This document shows positions 19,316 to 30,073 of a DNA stretch of 64,000 bases, piece by piece. The position numbers and the translations under genes were made by a program. Location: positions 160,001 to 224,000 of the forward strand of contig JAVJNR010000005.1 of assembly GCA_040217195.1 (NCBI GenBank). Direction: 5' to 3'. The DNA comes from Leptospiraceae bacterium. Its GTDB lineage: Bacteria; Spirochaetota; Leptospiria; Leptospirales; Leptonemataceae. Numbering within the stretch: the stretch's first letter is position 1; each line of letters starts with the position of its first letter. Below the pieces are notes generated by a model. It was not told the origin of the DNA. It did not search any database and was given only the letters and a program-made list of their open reading frames with translations.

Positions 19316-21382
19316 ATGCTGCGCTGGTTATTGCTTCCTGTTCTAATTCCCATCCGATTGCTGATCTATGCCTGGTTCAAACTGAGCCTGATCTTTCTGC
19401 GCGGCAACGTGCTCTATCACTCTGTTCCAGATAAATTTACTTCTACGGTGCAGTCTGGACTGCTCTATCGGCTGATCAATCGCCAGGATATGCTCTGGTT
19501 TCACTATCTGGGATTCCTTTCCCGAATGGCCCGAGATACGAAGATACAGTGGATCATTCTTTCGGTCCCGGACCTGGAAGATCTGGACTGGTCCCAGATC
19601 GAGGAAATACGAGTCCGACTGGATGAACTGAGAAAATCTGGTAAGAGACTGGTAGGACATGCTGAAAAAGGAGGACTGAAAACGCTTTGCCTCCTTTCTT
19701 CCTGCGAACGCAGATACCTGGCCCCCGGCGCTAGCTTCATGACTGCACTGCCCTACTCAGAACCATATTTTTTCGGAAGTGCTCTGAAGCGTTTTGGGGT
19801 TCGCGTGGAGGTTCATACGGCCGGAGAATTTAAGAGCGCTGGAGAATCTGTAAGCCGGGATTCCATGAGCCCGGCCGCCCGGAAGAACCTGGAAGAACTG
19901 CTGGATGCCCGATCCGCAGCTATATTGAGCGGACTATCCATAACCGACGATGCAGATTCATCTCTTACTCGGAAATTGCACAATGCAATTCGCAACCAGG
20001 CTTTCCTGGAAGCTGAAGAACTATTCGACCATCAATTCTGTCAGGGACTCATAGCCCGGGCCAATTTTAGAGATTTATGCGAAGACCTGTTACCCTACTG
20101 GCATTCAGGACAACCTCTACCTGCGGAATCCAGTATGAATGATCCGGAACGCCTGCCAATTCTAACTCTTAGCGATGGAGTTACAGTAACAGATGCACCG
20201 GTTTCCCATTCCTTTCCTGGTAAGTCCGAAAGAACCATGGAAGATGTGGTGAAACAACTGGAAGATCAAGACGAAACTGAACACCAGATTTCCAGCGCTA
20301 CAAAAACGGATGAGTTAACCTCCCCGACGCATTTGACTGGATTGCCTGATAGTAAGAACCAGAAAAAGAAAGCCAGGAAGGAGAAGAAGGAAAACCACCA
20401 AATACAGGGTAAGCTACCGGTATTTCGTTTTCTGGAAATGGACCAGGCAGAAAAGAGGTTTCAAAGAAAGCGGTATCAACCTCTAAGACTCAAGCGGTAT
20501 CCCTCTGTAGCATTGGTGAGTTGCGAAGGAATGATTGTCTGGGGCGATGAGCAGCCCGATTCAGGTCGCATAGGCGCTTTATCCATGCGAAAGGTCTTCC
20601 ATGAACTGGAAGAGTCCAGGAATGAAGCCATTTTCCTCTATATTAACAGCCCCGGCGGACTGAGTGATGCCAGCGAAGCGCTGTATCAGGATATATACAG
20701 GCTGTCCCGGGCCAAACCGGTATTTGCCATCATAGGGCCGGTGGCTGCATCCGGCGGTTATTATATGGCCTGCGCTGCAAATCGGATATACAGTCCGGAC
20801 CTTAGCCTTACCGGTAGTGTGGGTGTACTGCGGATGCGTCCCGAACTTTCCGGATTATATCGCAAACTGGGAATTAAGAAACAAAGAGTGCGGTTTGGAC
20901 CTACAACAGATCTATTCTCAGAGACCGGAACCTTGAGCAAGAAAAGCCAGGCTCTGCTTGACGAATCCATGGACCGGGCCTACAGTTTGTTTCTGGACCG
21001 TGTTGGACGAAGTCGGGGCCTGAACCGAAAGGAAACGGATCTCCGTGGACGGGGCAAAGTCTACACTGGATCTCAGTTTAGAAAGGAAGGAATGGTGGAT
21101 CGCAAAGGCGGATTCATAGAAGCCTTCCGAGATTTTAGAAAGGAGGCAGGTTATGGTGAGCAAATGTTTGACATTCAGATCTTTCCTGTACTCCGACCGG
21201 GCCCTTCGGATTTACTTCGTCAGGGGCCATCGTTGTTTTCCGCCCGGAAAGGCAGAAGCAACGAGCTTTTCCATGGTCAGAATCTTTACATGCTTCATCC
21301 TGATCTTTCTTATTACAATCCTGGCTTTCAGCAGGAGCTTCGCAGAGTCGCCGGGGCCTTCCTCGGAGGAGAGCTCCTTTGA
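19316..21382 (+). CDS. sppA: Signal peptide peptidase A (S49), long form
   Basis: N-domain GEFKSAGE (Lys); C-domain INSPGG, AASGGYYMA (Ser), TGSVGV, GKVYTG. Confidence 0.88.
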   Translation: MLRWLLLPVLIPIRLLIYAWFKLSLIFLRGNVLYHSVPDKFTSTVQSGLLYRLINRQDMLWFHYLGFLSRMARDTKIQWIILSVPDLEDLDWSQIEEIRVRLDELRKSGKRLVGHAEKGGLKTLCLLSSCERRYLAPGASFMTALPYSEPYFFGSALKRFGVRVEVHTAGEFKSAGESVSRDSMSPAARKNLEELLDARSAAILSGLSITDDADSSLTRKLHNAIRNQAFLEAEELFDHQFCQGLIARANFRDLCEDLLPYWHSGQPLPAESSMNDPERLPILTLSDGVTVTDAPVSHSFPGKSERTMEDVVKQLEDQDETEHQISSATKTDELTSPTHLTGLPDSKNQKKKARKEKKENHQIQGKLPVFRFLEMDQAEKRFQRKRYQPLRLKRYPSVALVSCEGMIVWGDEQPDSGRIGALSMRKVFHELEESRNEAIFLYINSPGGLSDASEALYQDIYRLSRAKPVFAIIGPVAASGGYYMACAANRIYSPDLSLTGSVGVLRMRPELSGLYRKLGIKKQRVRFGPTTDLFSETGTLSKKSQALLDESMDRAYSLFLDRVGRSRGLNRKETDLRGRGKVYTGSQFRKEGMVDRKGGFIEAFRDFRKEAGYGEQMFDIQIFPVLRPGPSDLLRQGPSLFSARKGRSNELFHGQNLYMLHPDLSYYNPGFQQELRRVAGAFLGGELL

Positions 21383-22415
21383 TTGCAAGTCCATTGCTCA
21401 AAATCTAAATCATCCGTCCAGGCTGCAGAGATTGTATGCAGCCAGAGCAGCACGCAATTGCAGGGAAGCTGTCATTGGAGATGCCCTTACAGCAATAATT
21501 CTGGGCGATTATCCTGAAGTTCAGCAAGAAGCACTAATTTCCCTGGAACCCCATCTGAATCCGGGGCATCTGTCAGCACTGATTCAGTTCGGGCTCAACC
21601 TGGATTCCACAGACGTACCGTATACCGCTCCTCTGCGAGAGTCCATGAAAGATCTTCCTCCTGCACTCTGGCAGAGAAAAGAAACTGTATTTCGCTACAT
21701 TCATATCCTGCTGGAAGGACAAACTATAAACGGTAATAACCCCGGCCCTGCAATTCAAACCACTGCCCGGGAAAGCCTTCGCCGACTCTTAAAGCAGGGA
21801 CTCTACGAAAGCCAGACTAGATCTCTTCAGGACTTTCCAGAATCCGCAGACATAGCCTGTTACAATCTGGACAGTCTTGCACTACTGAAAGAGAATCCAT
21901 CGTTCATTCTTAACTTTGTGGAATCCGAGAAGGAAAACCCCCAGCTACTGGCCTGCGGATTGCTGGCTCTTTCCAGGTACAAACTGTCCAGACAGACATC
22001 CCAATACGAACAGGCGGAAGCTCTGGCCCAATTTGCGCTTCAAGGAAATGATTTAATGAAGGAAGCCGCGCGTCAGTGGTATTCCGAACGTACAGAACTG
22101 AATTCTCTATCCCTTTTAATGAGATCGTTTCGCAATAAATTACCATTCAACCAACCGCAGGTACGTAAGCTTGCCAGGGCATTGCCTGGAATGCAGGGAA
22201 TGATCTATAAGAAGACTCCACTTTACGCAAATCCCTATTCTACCGGTCAGGTAATCCGAATTCTTTCCCACGGAGAGGCCGTGGAATTGCTCCGTCGTAG
22301 CTACGGCTATGACTCAACTCGCGACGATGGCTATTCCTATCTTGTAAAAACTTCCGATGGACTCACCGGCTGGGTTGCCGCCGAACATTTACGTACAGAA
22401 TCCAAAAAAAATTGA
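21273..22415 (+). CDS. Exported helical (HEAT-like) protein with C-terminal SH3b-like domain
   Basis: Signal-like MVRIFTCFILIFLITILAFSRSFA, helical repeats, C-terminal YLVKTSDGLTGWVAAEHL. Confidence 0.65.
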   Translation: MVRIFTCFILIFLITILAFSRSFAESPGPSSEESSFDCKSIAQNLNHPSRLQRLYAARAARNCREAVIGDALTAIILGDYPEVQQEALISLEPHLNPGHLSALIQFGLNLDSTDVPYTAPLRESMKDLPPALWQRKETVFRYIHILLEGQTINGNNPGPAIQTTARESLRRLLKQGLYESQTRSLQDFPESADIACYNLDSLALLKENPSFILNFVESEKENPQLLACGLLALSRYKLSRQTSQYEQAEALAQFALQGNDLMKEAARQWYSERTELNSLSLLMRSFRNKLPFNQPQVRKLARALPGMQGMIYKKTPLYANPYSTGQVIRILSHGEAVELLRRSYGYDSTRDDGYSYLVKTSDGLTGWVAAEHLRTESKKN

Positions 22416-22469
22416 TCTAGATTGACACGGCAGTGCTGACCAGTCATTCGGACTGTAACCTACCCGATT

Positions 22470-23819
22470 ATGAACCAATACAAGATTAAAAAAGGCTACG
22501 ACCTTCCCATAAAAGGCCAGGCAGAGAAATCCATCCTGGGAACATCCGAGCCGTCGCATCTTCACGTTCATCCTACACATTTTGCGGGCATCAAGCCTCG
22601 CATGCTTCTGAAGAAAGGGGATGCAGTGAAGCGAGGCACTCCACTGTTTCATGACAAAAAGCATCCGGAAAGGGTATTTGTTTCTCCCGGTGCCGGTATA
22701 ATAGAAGACATTGTACTCGGCGAAAGGCGTGCCCTGGACAAAGTATCCATCAAACTCAGTGGCGATGAAGTAGAGCAATTCCGGGCCTATAAAAAGGAAG
22801 AAGTGTCCGGTATCAATCGCGAAGACCTGATCGATCATTTACTCAAAGGCGGTCTATGGCCACAAATTCGGCAACGCCCGTTCAGCCGAGTCGCCAATCC
22901 AGAAATAACTCCGTCTTCCATATTTGTGAATTGTATAGATACAGCTCCTCTGGCCGCGGATCCGGAGTTTAACCTGCAGGGAAAGACCATTGAGTTTCAA
23001 ACTGGAATTGAAGCCCTTAAAGTGCTCTGTCCTACCGTTCATGTTGTAGTAGGAGCCGGAAACAACAGCTCCGATTTTCTCAGAGTGGATGGAGTACAGA
23101 AGCATAGCTTTGCAGGAAAGCATCCAGCTGGACTGACCAGTACTCATATTCAAAAAATTGATCCAATCGTCCCTGGAAAACATGTCTGGTATCTGAATGC
23201 CAGAGACGTGGCCGATATCGGAGACTACCTTCTGGTAGGTCAGTACCCGGTGGAAAGAGTGGTTGCTCTGGCCGGACCAGGTGCAACAAAGACCGGTTAC
23301 GTAAAGACACGCAAAGGTGCCCCCCTGGCACAGATCGCATCGGTGGGTGGTACTCAGGAAAGCGTACGATTGATCTCCGGAAATGTACTGATAGGTAACG
23401 GCGGAAATGCTGACGATGGACTGGGTCTTTACGATGATCTAGTAACTGTAGTGGCGGAAGGAGGCGAGGAACGATTCCTGGGATGGCTTATTCCTGGATT
23501 TTCTCGCCCCACTTATAGCCGGGCCTATATGGCTGGATTTCTTCCTGGACGAAGATTGTCCATGGATACTTCAATGAATGGCGAAGAACGCGCCTTTGTA
23601 AAGACTGGCGACTACGAGAAGGTAATGGGCGTGGATATTCTGCCAGACTATCTCACCAAGGCCATCCTTATTGAAGATGTGGAACGTATGGAAAAGCTGG
23701 GTATTCTGGAAGTGGATCCGGAAGACTTTGCACTGTGCGCTTACATTTGTCCTTCCAAGATTGAATTCTGCGATATCATATCTCGTGGCATCGACATGAT
23801 GGAAGCGGAGATGGTTTAA
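22470..23819 (+). CDS. nqrA: Na+-translocating NADH:quinone reductase subunit A
   Basis: KIKKGYDLPIKG, GLWPQIRQRPFS, FAGKHPAG, EDFALCAYICPSK. Confidence 0.97.
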   Translation: MNQYKIKKGYDLPIKGQAEKSILGTSEPSHLHVHPTHFAGIKPRMLLKKGDAVKRGTPLFHDKKHPERVFVSPGAGIIEDIVLGERRALDKVSIKLSGDEVEQFRAYKKEEVSGINREDLIDHLLKGGLWPQIRQRPFSRVANPEITPSSIFVNCIDTAPLAADPEFNLQGKTIEFQTGIEALKVLCPTVHVVVGAGNNSSDFLRVDGVQKHSFAGKHPAGLTSTHIQKIDPIVPGKHVWYLNARDVADIGDYLLVGQYPVERVVALAGPGATKTGYVKTRKGAPLAQIASVGGTQESVRLISGNVLIGNGGNADDGLGLYDDLVTVVAEGGEERFLGWLIPGFSRPTYSRAYMAGFLPGRRLSMDTSMNGEERAFVKTGDYEKVMGVDILPDYLTKAILIEDVERMEKLGILEVDPEDFALCAYICPSKIEFCDIISRGIDMMEAEMV

Positions 23820-23848
23820 CACCGTTCGCTACTGGAGAGAGAATTACT

Positions 23849-25102
23849 GTGAAGTTTCTACTAAAACAAATTCATAAGCATGATCATCTGTTTCAGAAAG
23901 GTGGTAAGCTGGAGCGACTGTATCCTGTATGGGAAGCTCAGAATACCTTTCTATTTACGCCGCCATTAAAGACAAAGAACGGCCCCCATGTTAGGGATTC
24001 CATCGATCTAAAACGATTGATGATTACTGTGGTAGTGGCTCTGGTTCCAGCTACCCTGTTTGGAATCTATAATGCCGGCTACCAGCAGCTTCTGGCCATC
24101 GGTCAGGTTCCTCTGGATATGTCTGTAGGCGCTCTTGGCATGGATCAGCATCTAAACATAATGCTCCATGGCGCCGCTCTGGTACTTCCCATCGTTCTGG
24201 TCAGCTATGCCGTGGGCGGTATCTGGGAAGCAGTATTCAGTGTTGTCCGAAAGGAACCAATTAGCGAAGGCTTTCTGGTAACTGGTTTACTGTTTCCTCT
24301 GACACTGCCAGCGACTATCCCTCTTTGGCAGGTAGCCATCGGCATTTCCTTTGGAGTGGTAATCGGCAAAGAGATCTTTGGCGGCACCGGAATGAACATC
24401 CTGAACCCGGCTCTGACAGCCCGTGTATTTTTGTTTTTCTCCTTTCCTACAGACATTTCAGGTGAAGAGCCCTGGATCGCGTTGAATAATCCTCTGCTGG
24501 GCGCAGCCGGGGATTCCGCCATAGATGGTTTCTCTGGTGCCACCGCTCTGCTAATCGCCGCTGCACCGGATGTTACAAACCCCATCCAGGCACTTAGCAA
24601 TTTTGGTTATTCCGGAGCGAATTTCGGTCTGGAAAATATGTTTCTGGGATTTATTCCAGGTAGTATTGGTGAAACCTCTACCCTGGCCTGCTTGATTGGA
24701 GCGGCCATCCTGATTATGACTGGAGTTGGTAGCTGGCAAATAATGGTCAGCACCATTGCTGGCGCGGTGGGCATGGCACTCTTCTTGAACCAGTTCGCCG
24801 GACCGGATCTGCCATCCATGCTTGCATTGCCGCCCCAGTATCACCTGGTAATGGGTGGATTCATGTTTGGTACAGTCTTCATGGCAACCGACCCGGTAAG
24901 CGCGGCCCAAACCAATACCGGCAAATACATCTACGGCCTTCTGATCGGAATTCTGTGCGTATTGATTCGTGTATGGAACCCCGCCTATCCAGAGGGGATG
25001 ATGCTTGCTATTCTATTTATGAACATCTTCGCACCGCTGATTGACCATTACGTTGTAGAAGGCAATATCAAAAGGAGGCTCCAACGTGCGGAAGCAAAGT
25101 AA
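23849..25102 (+). CDS. nqrB: Na+-NQR subunit B
   Basis: PHVRDSIDLKRLM, GKEIFGGTGMNILNPA, DGFSGAT (FMN-Thr), MATDPVS, AYPEGMM; GTG start. Confidence 0.97.
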   Translation: MKFLLKQIHKHDHLFQKGGKLERLYPVWEAQNTFLFTPPLKTKNGPHVRDSIDLKRLMITVVVALVPATLFGIYNAGYQQLLAIGQVPLDMSVGALGMDQHLNIMLHGAALVLPIVLVSYAVGGIWEAVFSVVRKEPISEGFLVTGLLFPLTLPATIPLWQVAIGISFGVVIGKEIFGGTGMNILNPALTARVFLFFSFPTDISGEEPWIALNNPLLGAAGDSAIDGFSGATALLIAAAPDVTNPIQALSNFGYSGANFGLENMFLGFIPGSIGETSTLACLIGAAILIMTGVGSWQIMVSTIAGAVGMALFLNQFAGPDLPSMLALPPQYHLVMGGFMFGTVFMATDPVSAAQTNTGKYIYGLLIGILCVLIRVWNPAYPEGMMLAILFMNIFAPLIDHYVVEGNIKRRLQRAEAK

Positions 25103-25949
25103 TCTATATATTTTCGGATTTGCCATCGCAGTTTGTCTCTTCGCCAGTGTCGTTCTGGCCGTTGCCTCCACTGCACTGAAGCCAGCACAAACCCAGCAGG
25201 TGCGTCTGGATATTATTCACAACATCCTGAGCGTGGCAGGTTACACAGAGGATGAATTGAAAGGTAAATCGCCTGCAGAAATCATTGAACTGTATGAGAA
25301 AAAATTCGAAGTTTCTCTCATCGATAAGAACAATGAACCAGTTCAGCGTTCCGAAATGGAAGAGGAACTGAAGACTCTGGGCTACAAAGAAGCAGAGCTG
25401 GCTGAAAAAAAGACCTTTGAATTGCTGGAAGTATATAACAGCAAATTAAAACTCCTGGCCAAACGTGCCGGTAAGACCAGAGAAGAGTATGATCGGGGTA
25501 TCAAGGTAGTCTATCTATACAAACCAGAGGGCGAAATCAAATACTACATTATTCCAATTGAGGGAAACGGCCTCTGGGGCATGATGTACGGGTACATTGC
25601 ACTCAAAACCGATTTGAACACAGTAGCCGGTATCCGGTTCTATAAGCATATTGAAACGCCGGGACTGGGAGCCGAACTTGCCAAACCGGACCACAACGAG
25701 AAATGGATCGGCAAAAAGATTCTGGATGAGGATGGAAGCCTGGTTTCCGTAAAGGTAGCCAAGGGTAATGCCGAGCAAACTCATCCCCAGGAACTGGAAC
25801 ACTACGTAGATGGCATTAGCGGCGCCACTCTAACAGGTAAAGGCATCAATGAGTTTCTTAAAGAAGATCTGGAAACCTATGAGCCTTACTTCAAGACCAG
25901 AAGGCAGACGGAAGAAGAAGCACAGCAACCGGCAGGAGAAGTAGAATGA
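25086..25949 (+). CDS. nqrC: Na+-NQR subunit C
   Basis: GNGLWGMMYG, ETPGLGAE, VDGISGATLT (FMN-Thr). Confidence 0.95.
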   Translation: MRKQSNLYIFGFAIAVCLFASVVLAVASTALKPAQTQQVRLDIIHNILSVAGYTEDELKGKSPAEIIELYEKKFEVSLIDKNNEPVQRSEMEEELKTLGYKEAELAEKKTFELLEVYNSKLKLLAKRAGKTREEYDRGIKVVYLYKPEGEIKYYIIPIEGNGLWGMMYGYIALKTDLNTVAGIRFYKHIETPGLGAELAKPDHNEKWIGKKILDEDGSLVSVKVAKGNAEQTHPQELEHYVDGISGATLTGKGINEFLKEDLETYEPYFKTRRQTEEEAQQPAGEVE

Positions 25950-26626
25950 GCTCAGCAACAGAAACCCAGACAGTAGCTCCCGCCAGACCCAAACAGCCAT
26001 TGTTCGGGAAAAAAGAGCGGGAAGCGATAAAAGATCCACTCTGGGACAACAACCCCATTACCATTCAGGTTCTGGGTATTTGTTCCGCGCTGGCCGTAAC
26101 AACTCAGATGGAAGCATCCCTGGTAATGGGACTTTCTGTTGTCGCAGTTTTGACTTCGTCCAACCTGATTGTTTCGCTTCTACGAAACATGATTCCTTCG
26201 AAGATTCGAATTATTGTTCAGCTCGCTGTAGTTGCCAGTCTTGTGATTCTGGTAGATCAAATCCTGAAAGCTTACATGTTCCAGATGAGCAAGCAGCTCT
26301 CTGTATTCGTGGGACTGATCATTACAAACTGCATTATTCTGGGACGTGCGGAAGGATTCGCTATGTCCAACAAACCAGTGCCTGCCATACTCGACGGTCT
26401 GGGCAATGCCTTCGGCTATGCTGCCATATTGTTAATGGTGGCCCTCTTTCGTGAGGTGCTGGGTAACGGTAGCTTCTTTGGATTAAAGGTGATCCCTGAG
26501 GCTCTCTATGACCTGGGCTATAAGAACATAGGTCTGATGATTCTACCTCCGGGTGCATTTTTGATACTTGGTCTTTTGATCTGGGTTCAAAGAAGCGTAT
26601 CCGGAAAATATGAGGCCAATCGATAG
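25946..26626 (+). CDS. nqrD: Na+-NQR subunit D
   Basis: NNPITIQVLGICSALAVT, LSVFVGLIITNCIILGRAE. Confidence 0.97.
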   Translation: MSSATETQTVAPARPKQPLFGKKEREAIKDPLWDNNPITIQVLGICSALAVTTQMEASLVMGLSVVAVLTSSNLIVSLLRNMIPSKIRIIVQLAVVASLVILVDQILKAYMFQMSKQLSVFVGLIITNCIILGRAEGFAMSNKPVPAILDGLGNAFGYAAILLMVALFREVLGNGSFFGLKVIPEALYDLGYKNIGLMILPPGAFLILGLLIWVQRSVSGKYEANR

Positions 26627-26635
26627 GAGAGCACC

Positions 26636-27244
26636 ATGGCAGAACTAATTAGCATTGCAACAAAAGCGATTTTCGTAGAGAACATCCTGCTGGCCTACTT
26701 CCTGGGTATGTGCTCCTTTCTGGCTGTATCCAAAAAGGTTTCCACGGCTGTAGGTCTGGGATTCGCAGTCGTATTCGTAAATGGAATTACAGCTCCCATT
26801 AACTGGCTTATCAATGAATATATGCTGGCCGATGGTGCTCTTGCCTGGGCTGGACTTCCCACCATTGATCTGAGCTTTCTTCAGTTCATTCTATACATTT
26901 CTACCATTGCAGCTCTGGTGCAACTTGTGGAAATGATCATCGATAAAGTGTCTCCCACTCTCTATGCGAACCTGGGGATCTTTCTGCCACTAATCGCTGT
27001 GAACTGTGCCATTCTGGGAACCTCTCTCTTTATGGGGACCAAAGGCTACGGTTTTGTGGAAAGTACGGTCTTTGGCTTCTCCAGTGGAATCGGTTGGATG
27101 CTGGCCATTGTTGCCATGGCAGCCATTAGAACCAAGATTCAATACTCCAACGTTCCCCATGGACTGAGAGGACTGGGTATGACTATGATTCTCACCGGAC
27201 TGATGGCCATTGGCTTCATGTGCTTCGTGGGAATCAACCTCTGA
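26636..27244 (+). CDS. nqrE: Na+-NQR subunit E
   Basis: [41 protein letters not shown]. Confidence 0.97.
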   Translation: MAELISIATKAIFVENILLAYFLGMCSFLAVSKKVSTAVGLGFAVVFVNGITAPINWLINEYMLADGALAWAGLPTIDLSFLQFILYISTIAALVQLVEMIIDKVSPTLYANLGIFLPLIAVNCAILGTSLFMGTKGYGFVESTVFGFSSGIGWMLAIVAMAAIRTKIQYSNVPHGLRGLGMTMILTGLMAIGFMCFVGINL

Positions 27245-27262
27245 TAGGGTACGGATTTAAGC

Positions 27263-28495
27263 ATGGAAAACTTACTTATTATTGGATTAAGTGCTTCGGT
27301 TTTTACAGCCGTAATCATTGGGCTGGTTGCTATCATTACCGTTCTGGAACGTAAACTGGTAGCCCAGGGAAATGTACGTATCAACATCAATGACAATGAA
27401 GAAAAAAGCATCGATGTTGCGGCCGGAAGCAATCTGCTGAGCGCACTTAGCGAAGCAGGTATTTTTCTGCCATCAGCCTGTGGTGGCGGTGGAACCTGCG
27501 CCATGTGTAGATGTCAGATTACAGACGGTGGTGGAGATATACTTCCCACAGAAGAAGGTCATTTTTCCAGAAAGGAAATCAAGGAGCAATGGCGTCTGTC
27601 CTGCCAGGTTAAAGTAAAGAATGATATGAAGATCCATGTACCGGATGAGATCTTTAGCATTCAGAAGTTTAAAACTAAAGTACGCTCCAACGAAAATGTG
27701 GCCACGTTCATTAAAGAGCTGGTGCTGGAAATTGAGCCTGGCTCTGAAATGGATTTTGATGCCGGCGGTTATATTCAGATCTACATTCCACCATATCACG
27801 TGAACTTTAAACAGTTTGAGGTGGAAAAGGAATACCACGAGGACTGGGACAAATTCAACCTCTGGCGCTACAATGCATCCAACGATGAAGAAATCTTTCG
27901 TGCCTATTCCATGGCCAACCATCCGGCAGAAGGTAACATCGTAATGCTAAATGTGCGAATTGCAACTCCTCCGCCCAATAAGGATGTACCTCCTGGAATT
28001 GCATCCAGCTATATCTTCAATCTGAAGGCCGGCGATGAGGTGGATGTTAGCGGTCCTTATGGAGAATTCTTTATCAAGGATACCGACAGAGAGATGGTGT
28101 ACATCGGTGGTGGTGCCGGTATGGCTCCACTGAGAAGCCATATTTTCCACCTTTTCCATACACTGAAAACTGGACGAAAAGTGTCCTACTGGTATGGAGC
28201 GAGAAGCCTTCGCGAAGTATTCTATGAAGAACATTTCCGTAAGATAGAAAAGGAGTTCCCCAATTTCTCCTTTCATCTAGCCCTTTCGGACCCTCTTCCA
28301 GAAGACAAATGGGAAGGTCCCACAGGATTCATTCATGAAGTGGTACTCAATGAGTATCTGGATAAACATGAAGATCCCAGCGAAATCGAGTATTATCTAT
28401 GTGGTCCTCCTTTAATGCTCTCTGCAGTACAGAAAATGCTGTACGATCTGGGAGTGGAAAAGGAAATGATTGCATTCGATGATTTCGGAAGTTAA
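27263..28495 (+). CDS. nqrF: Na+-NQR subunit F
   Basis: [12 protein letters not shown] (2Fe-2S), [31 protein letters not shown]. Confidence 0.98.
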   Translation: MENLLIIGLSASVFTAVIIGLVAIITVLERKLVAQGNVRININDNEEKSIDVAAGSNLLSALSEAGIFLPSACGGGGTCAMCRCQITDGGGDILPTEEGHFSRKEIKEQWRLSCQVKVKNDMKIHVPDEIFSIQKFKTKVRSNENVATFIKELVLEIEPGSEMDFDAGGYIQIYIPPYHVNFKQFEVEKEYHEDWDKFNLWRYNASNDEEIFRAYSMANHPAEGNIVMLNVRIATPPPNKDVPPGIASSYIFNLKAGDEVDVSGPYGEFFIKDTDREMVYIGGGAGMAPLRSHIFHLFHTLKTGRKVSYWYGARSLREVFYEEHFRKIEKEFPNFSFHLALSDPLPEDKWEGPTGFIHEVVLNEYLDKHEDPSEIEYYLCGPPLMLSAVQKMLYDLGVEKEMIAFDDFGS

Positions 28496-28521
28496 TTGAT
28501 CCGCTGGTCCCCAGGGACTGG

Positions 28522-28556
28522 AAAAAAGCCGAAGGACTTCCTTCGGCTTTTTTTTT
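28522..28556 (+). terminator. Rho-independent terminator after nqrF
   Basis: A6-GCCGAAGG-ACTT-CCTTCGGC-T9. Confidence 0.9.
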
Positions 28557-28590
28557 GCGAAAGGAACTACTTACAGGCAGGAAACTGGAT

Positions 28591-29904
28591 ATGAAATCAG
28601 AAAGCGAAACAAAGGTGGATTCGAACGGTACACAGAATTCTTGTCCTACTCAGAATCCTGGACTTTCGAACAGGAAAGATGAAGTGCAGGCCACCAGGAT
28701 CCGGCCTGGTACCCGAAGATATCATCGGTTCTCCGGAGTTCTGACTCAAATTTCAGTTTTGTTGCTTACTCTGTTTGCCATAACCGTTCTTCCAAACTGT
28801 AGCCCCGAAGAAGTCAATCTTCAGGGCAGTACCATGGGAACAAGCTACAGCGTAAAGATTCGCAACCCGGAGCAGCACCTGGATACATCTACTCTCAAAG
28901 AGGAGATTGATCAGCTCCTCCATGAAACCGATTACCGCTTCTCAAGCTGGCAAAAAGAAGAACTTCATAGAATCAATAATCAACCTGTGGGACAGTCCAT
29001 ACCGATCAGCCCTGACTTCTGTGTAGTTCTATATAAATCGCAAATGGTCTGGCAAGCAAGTCAGGGAGCCTTCGATCCAACCATTGGAACATTAATCAAT
29101 TTGTGGGGATTCGGTCCCGAAAAAAGAACAGGAGAGCCCAGCGAGTCAGAAGTTCAGAAAGCATTGCTTCAATCTGGATTCGAGAAGCTGAAACTGAACT
29201 ATCCTTCGGGTCCGGTTGAATCCAAATACAACTCGGATTTGAGCCATATACGAACTCTTTACGATGAACAGTATACCGACGAGAGTAAAACCGGTACCTC
29301 GACGAAAGCCAATCCTGCCAGAACCAGTACCTGCCAACTGACCAGAACAGCCAACCTGAACCTGAATTTGAGTGCGATTGCCAAAGGACATGGAGTGGAT
29401 CGCCTGGCTGAATTCCTTCTAAAGAAAGGCATCAAAGATTTTATGGTGGAGATTGGTGGTGAGGTGAAAACCGGCCCTGGTGGCAGCTTTCGCATTGGAA
29501 TTGAAAGACCGAACTACGATGGCAGCCGCAGTCTCTATACCGTTCTGGAGTCAGCCAATAACTGCATTGCAACCAGCGGAAACTATCGCAATTTCTTTGA
29601 AAAGGATGGCCACATATACAGCCATCTTCTGGATCCTAATACAGGACGACCAGGACTCAGTCGCATCCAATCCGCTACTATTATAGGACCGGACTGTGCC
29701 ATCGCAGATGCACTGGCCACAGCTGCCATGATAGTCTCCCCGGAAAGAACTCAAAAAATCATAAAGGAAGTACAGAACCGCACAGGCCAAAACTACGATT
29801 ACCTGCTTCTGGAATCCGGGAAGCTGATTCAGGGAGACACGGAGAACTTTAAGATCCAGGAATACACCAGCGATAGATTGGCCAGCATTCGAATTGATAA
29901 ATAG
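28591..29904 (+). CDS. apbE: FAD:protein FMN transferase ApbE (lipoprotein; start uncertain)
   Basis: GSTMGTSY, GAFDPTIG, LSAIAKGHGVD, VEIGGE, ATSGNYRNFF, SHLLDP, ADALATA. Confidence 0.93.
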   Translation: MKSESETKVDSNGTQNSCPTQNPGLSNRKDEVQATRIRPGTRRYHRFSGVLTQISVLLLTLFAITVLPNCSPEEVNLQGSTMGTSYSVKIRNPEQHLDTSTLKEEIDQLLHETDYRFSSWQKEELHRINNQPVGQSIPISPDFCVVLYKSQMVWQASQGAFDPTIGTLINLWGFGPEKRTGEPSESEVQKALLQSGFEKLKLNYPSGPVESKYNSDLSHIRTLYDEQYTDESKTGTSTKANPARTSTCQLTRTANLNLNLSAIAKGHGVDRLAEFLLKKGIKDFMVEIGGEVKTGPGGSFRIGIERPNYDGSRSLYTVLESANNCIATSGNYRNFFEKDGHIYSHLLDPNTGRPGLSRIQSATIIGPDCAIADALATAAMIVSPERTQKIIKEVQNRTGQNYDYLLLESGKLIQGDTENFKIQEYTSDRLASIRIDK

Positions 29905-30073
29905 CCCGGATCTACCAGGAAAGCCTGGTTACTATCTGTGTTAGATGATCTGCGGCAGGGCTTTCAGCTTTTCAGCTCTGGATGATGATTTGCATAAGCC
30001 CGGGATGCTTTCGCTCGGCTGCAAAAAAAATCGAATTATCGGCAAGAGACTGCCTAGCTTAGCTTCCTGGAAA

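Noticed and set aside
22422..22452. Sigma70 promoter for nqrA (TTGACA at 22422)
   Set aside because: No convincing -10 hexamer 16-18 bp downstream.
22470..28495. Rnf complex instead of NQR
   Set aside because: NqrA- and NqrF-type subunits in ABCDEF order with nqrM; no RnfB/RnfC ferredoxin motifs.
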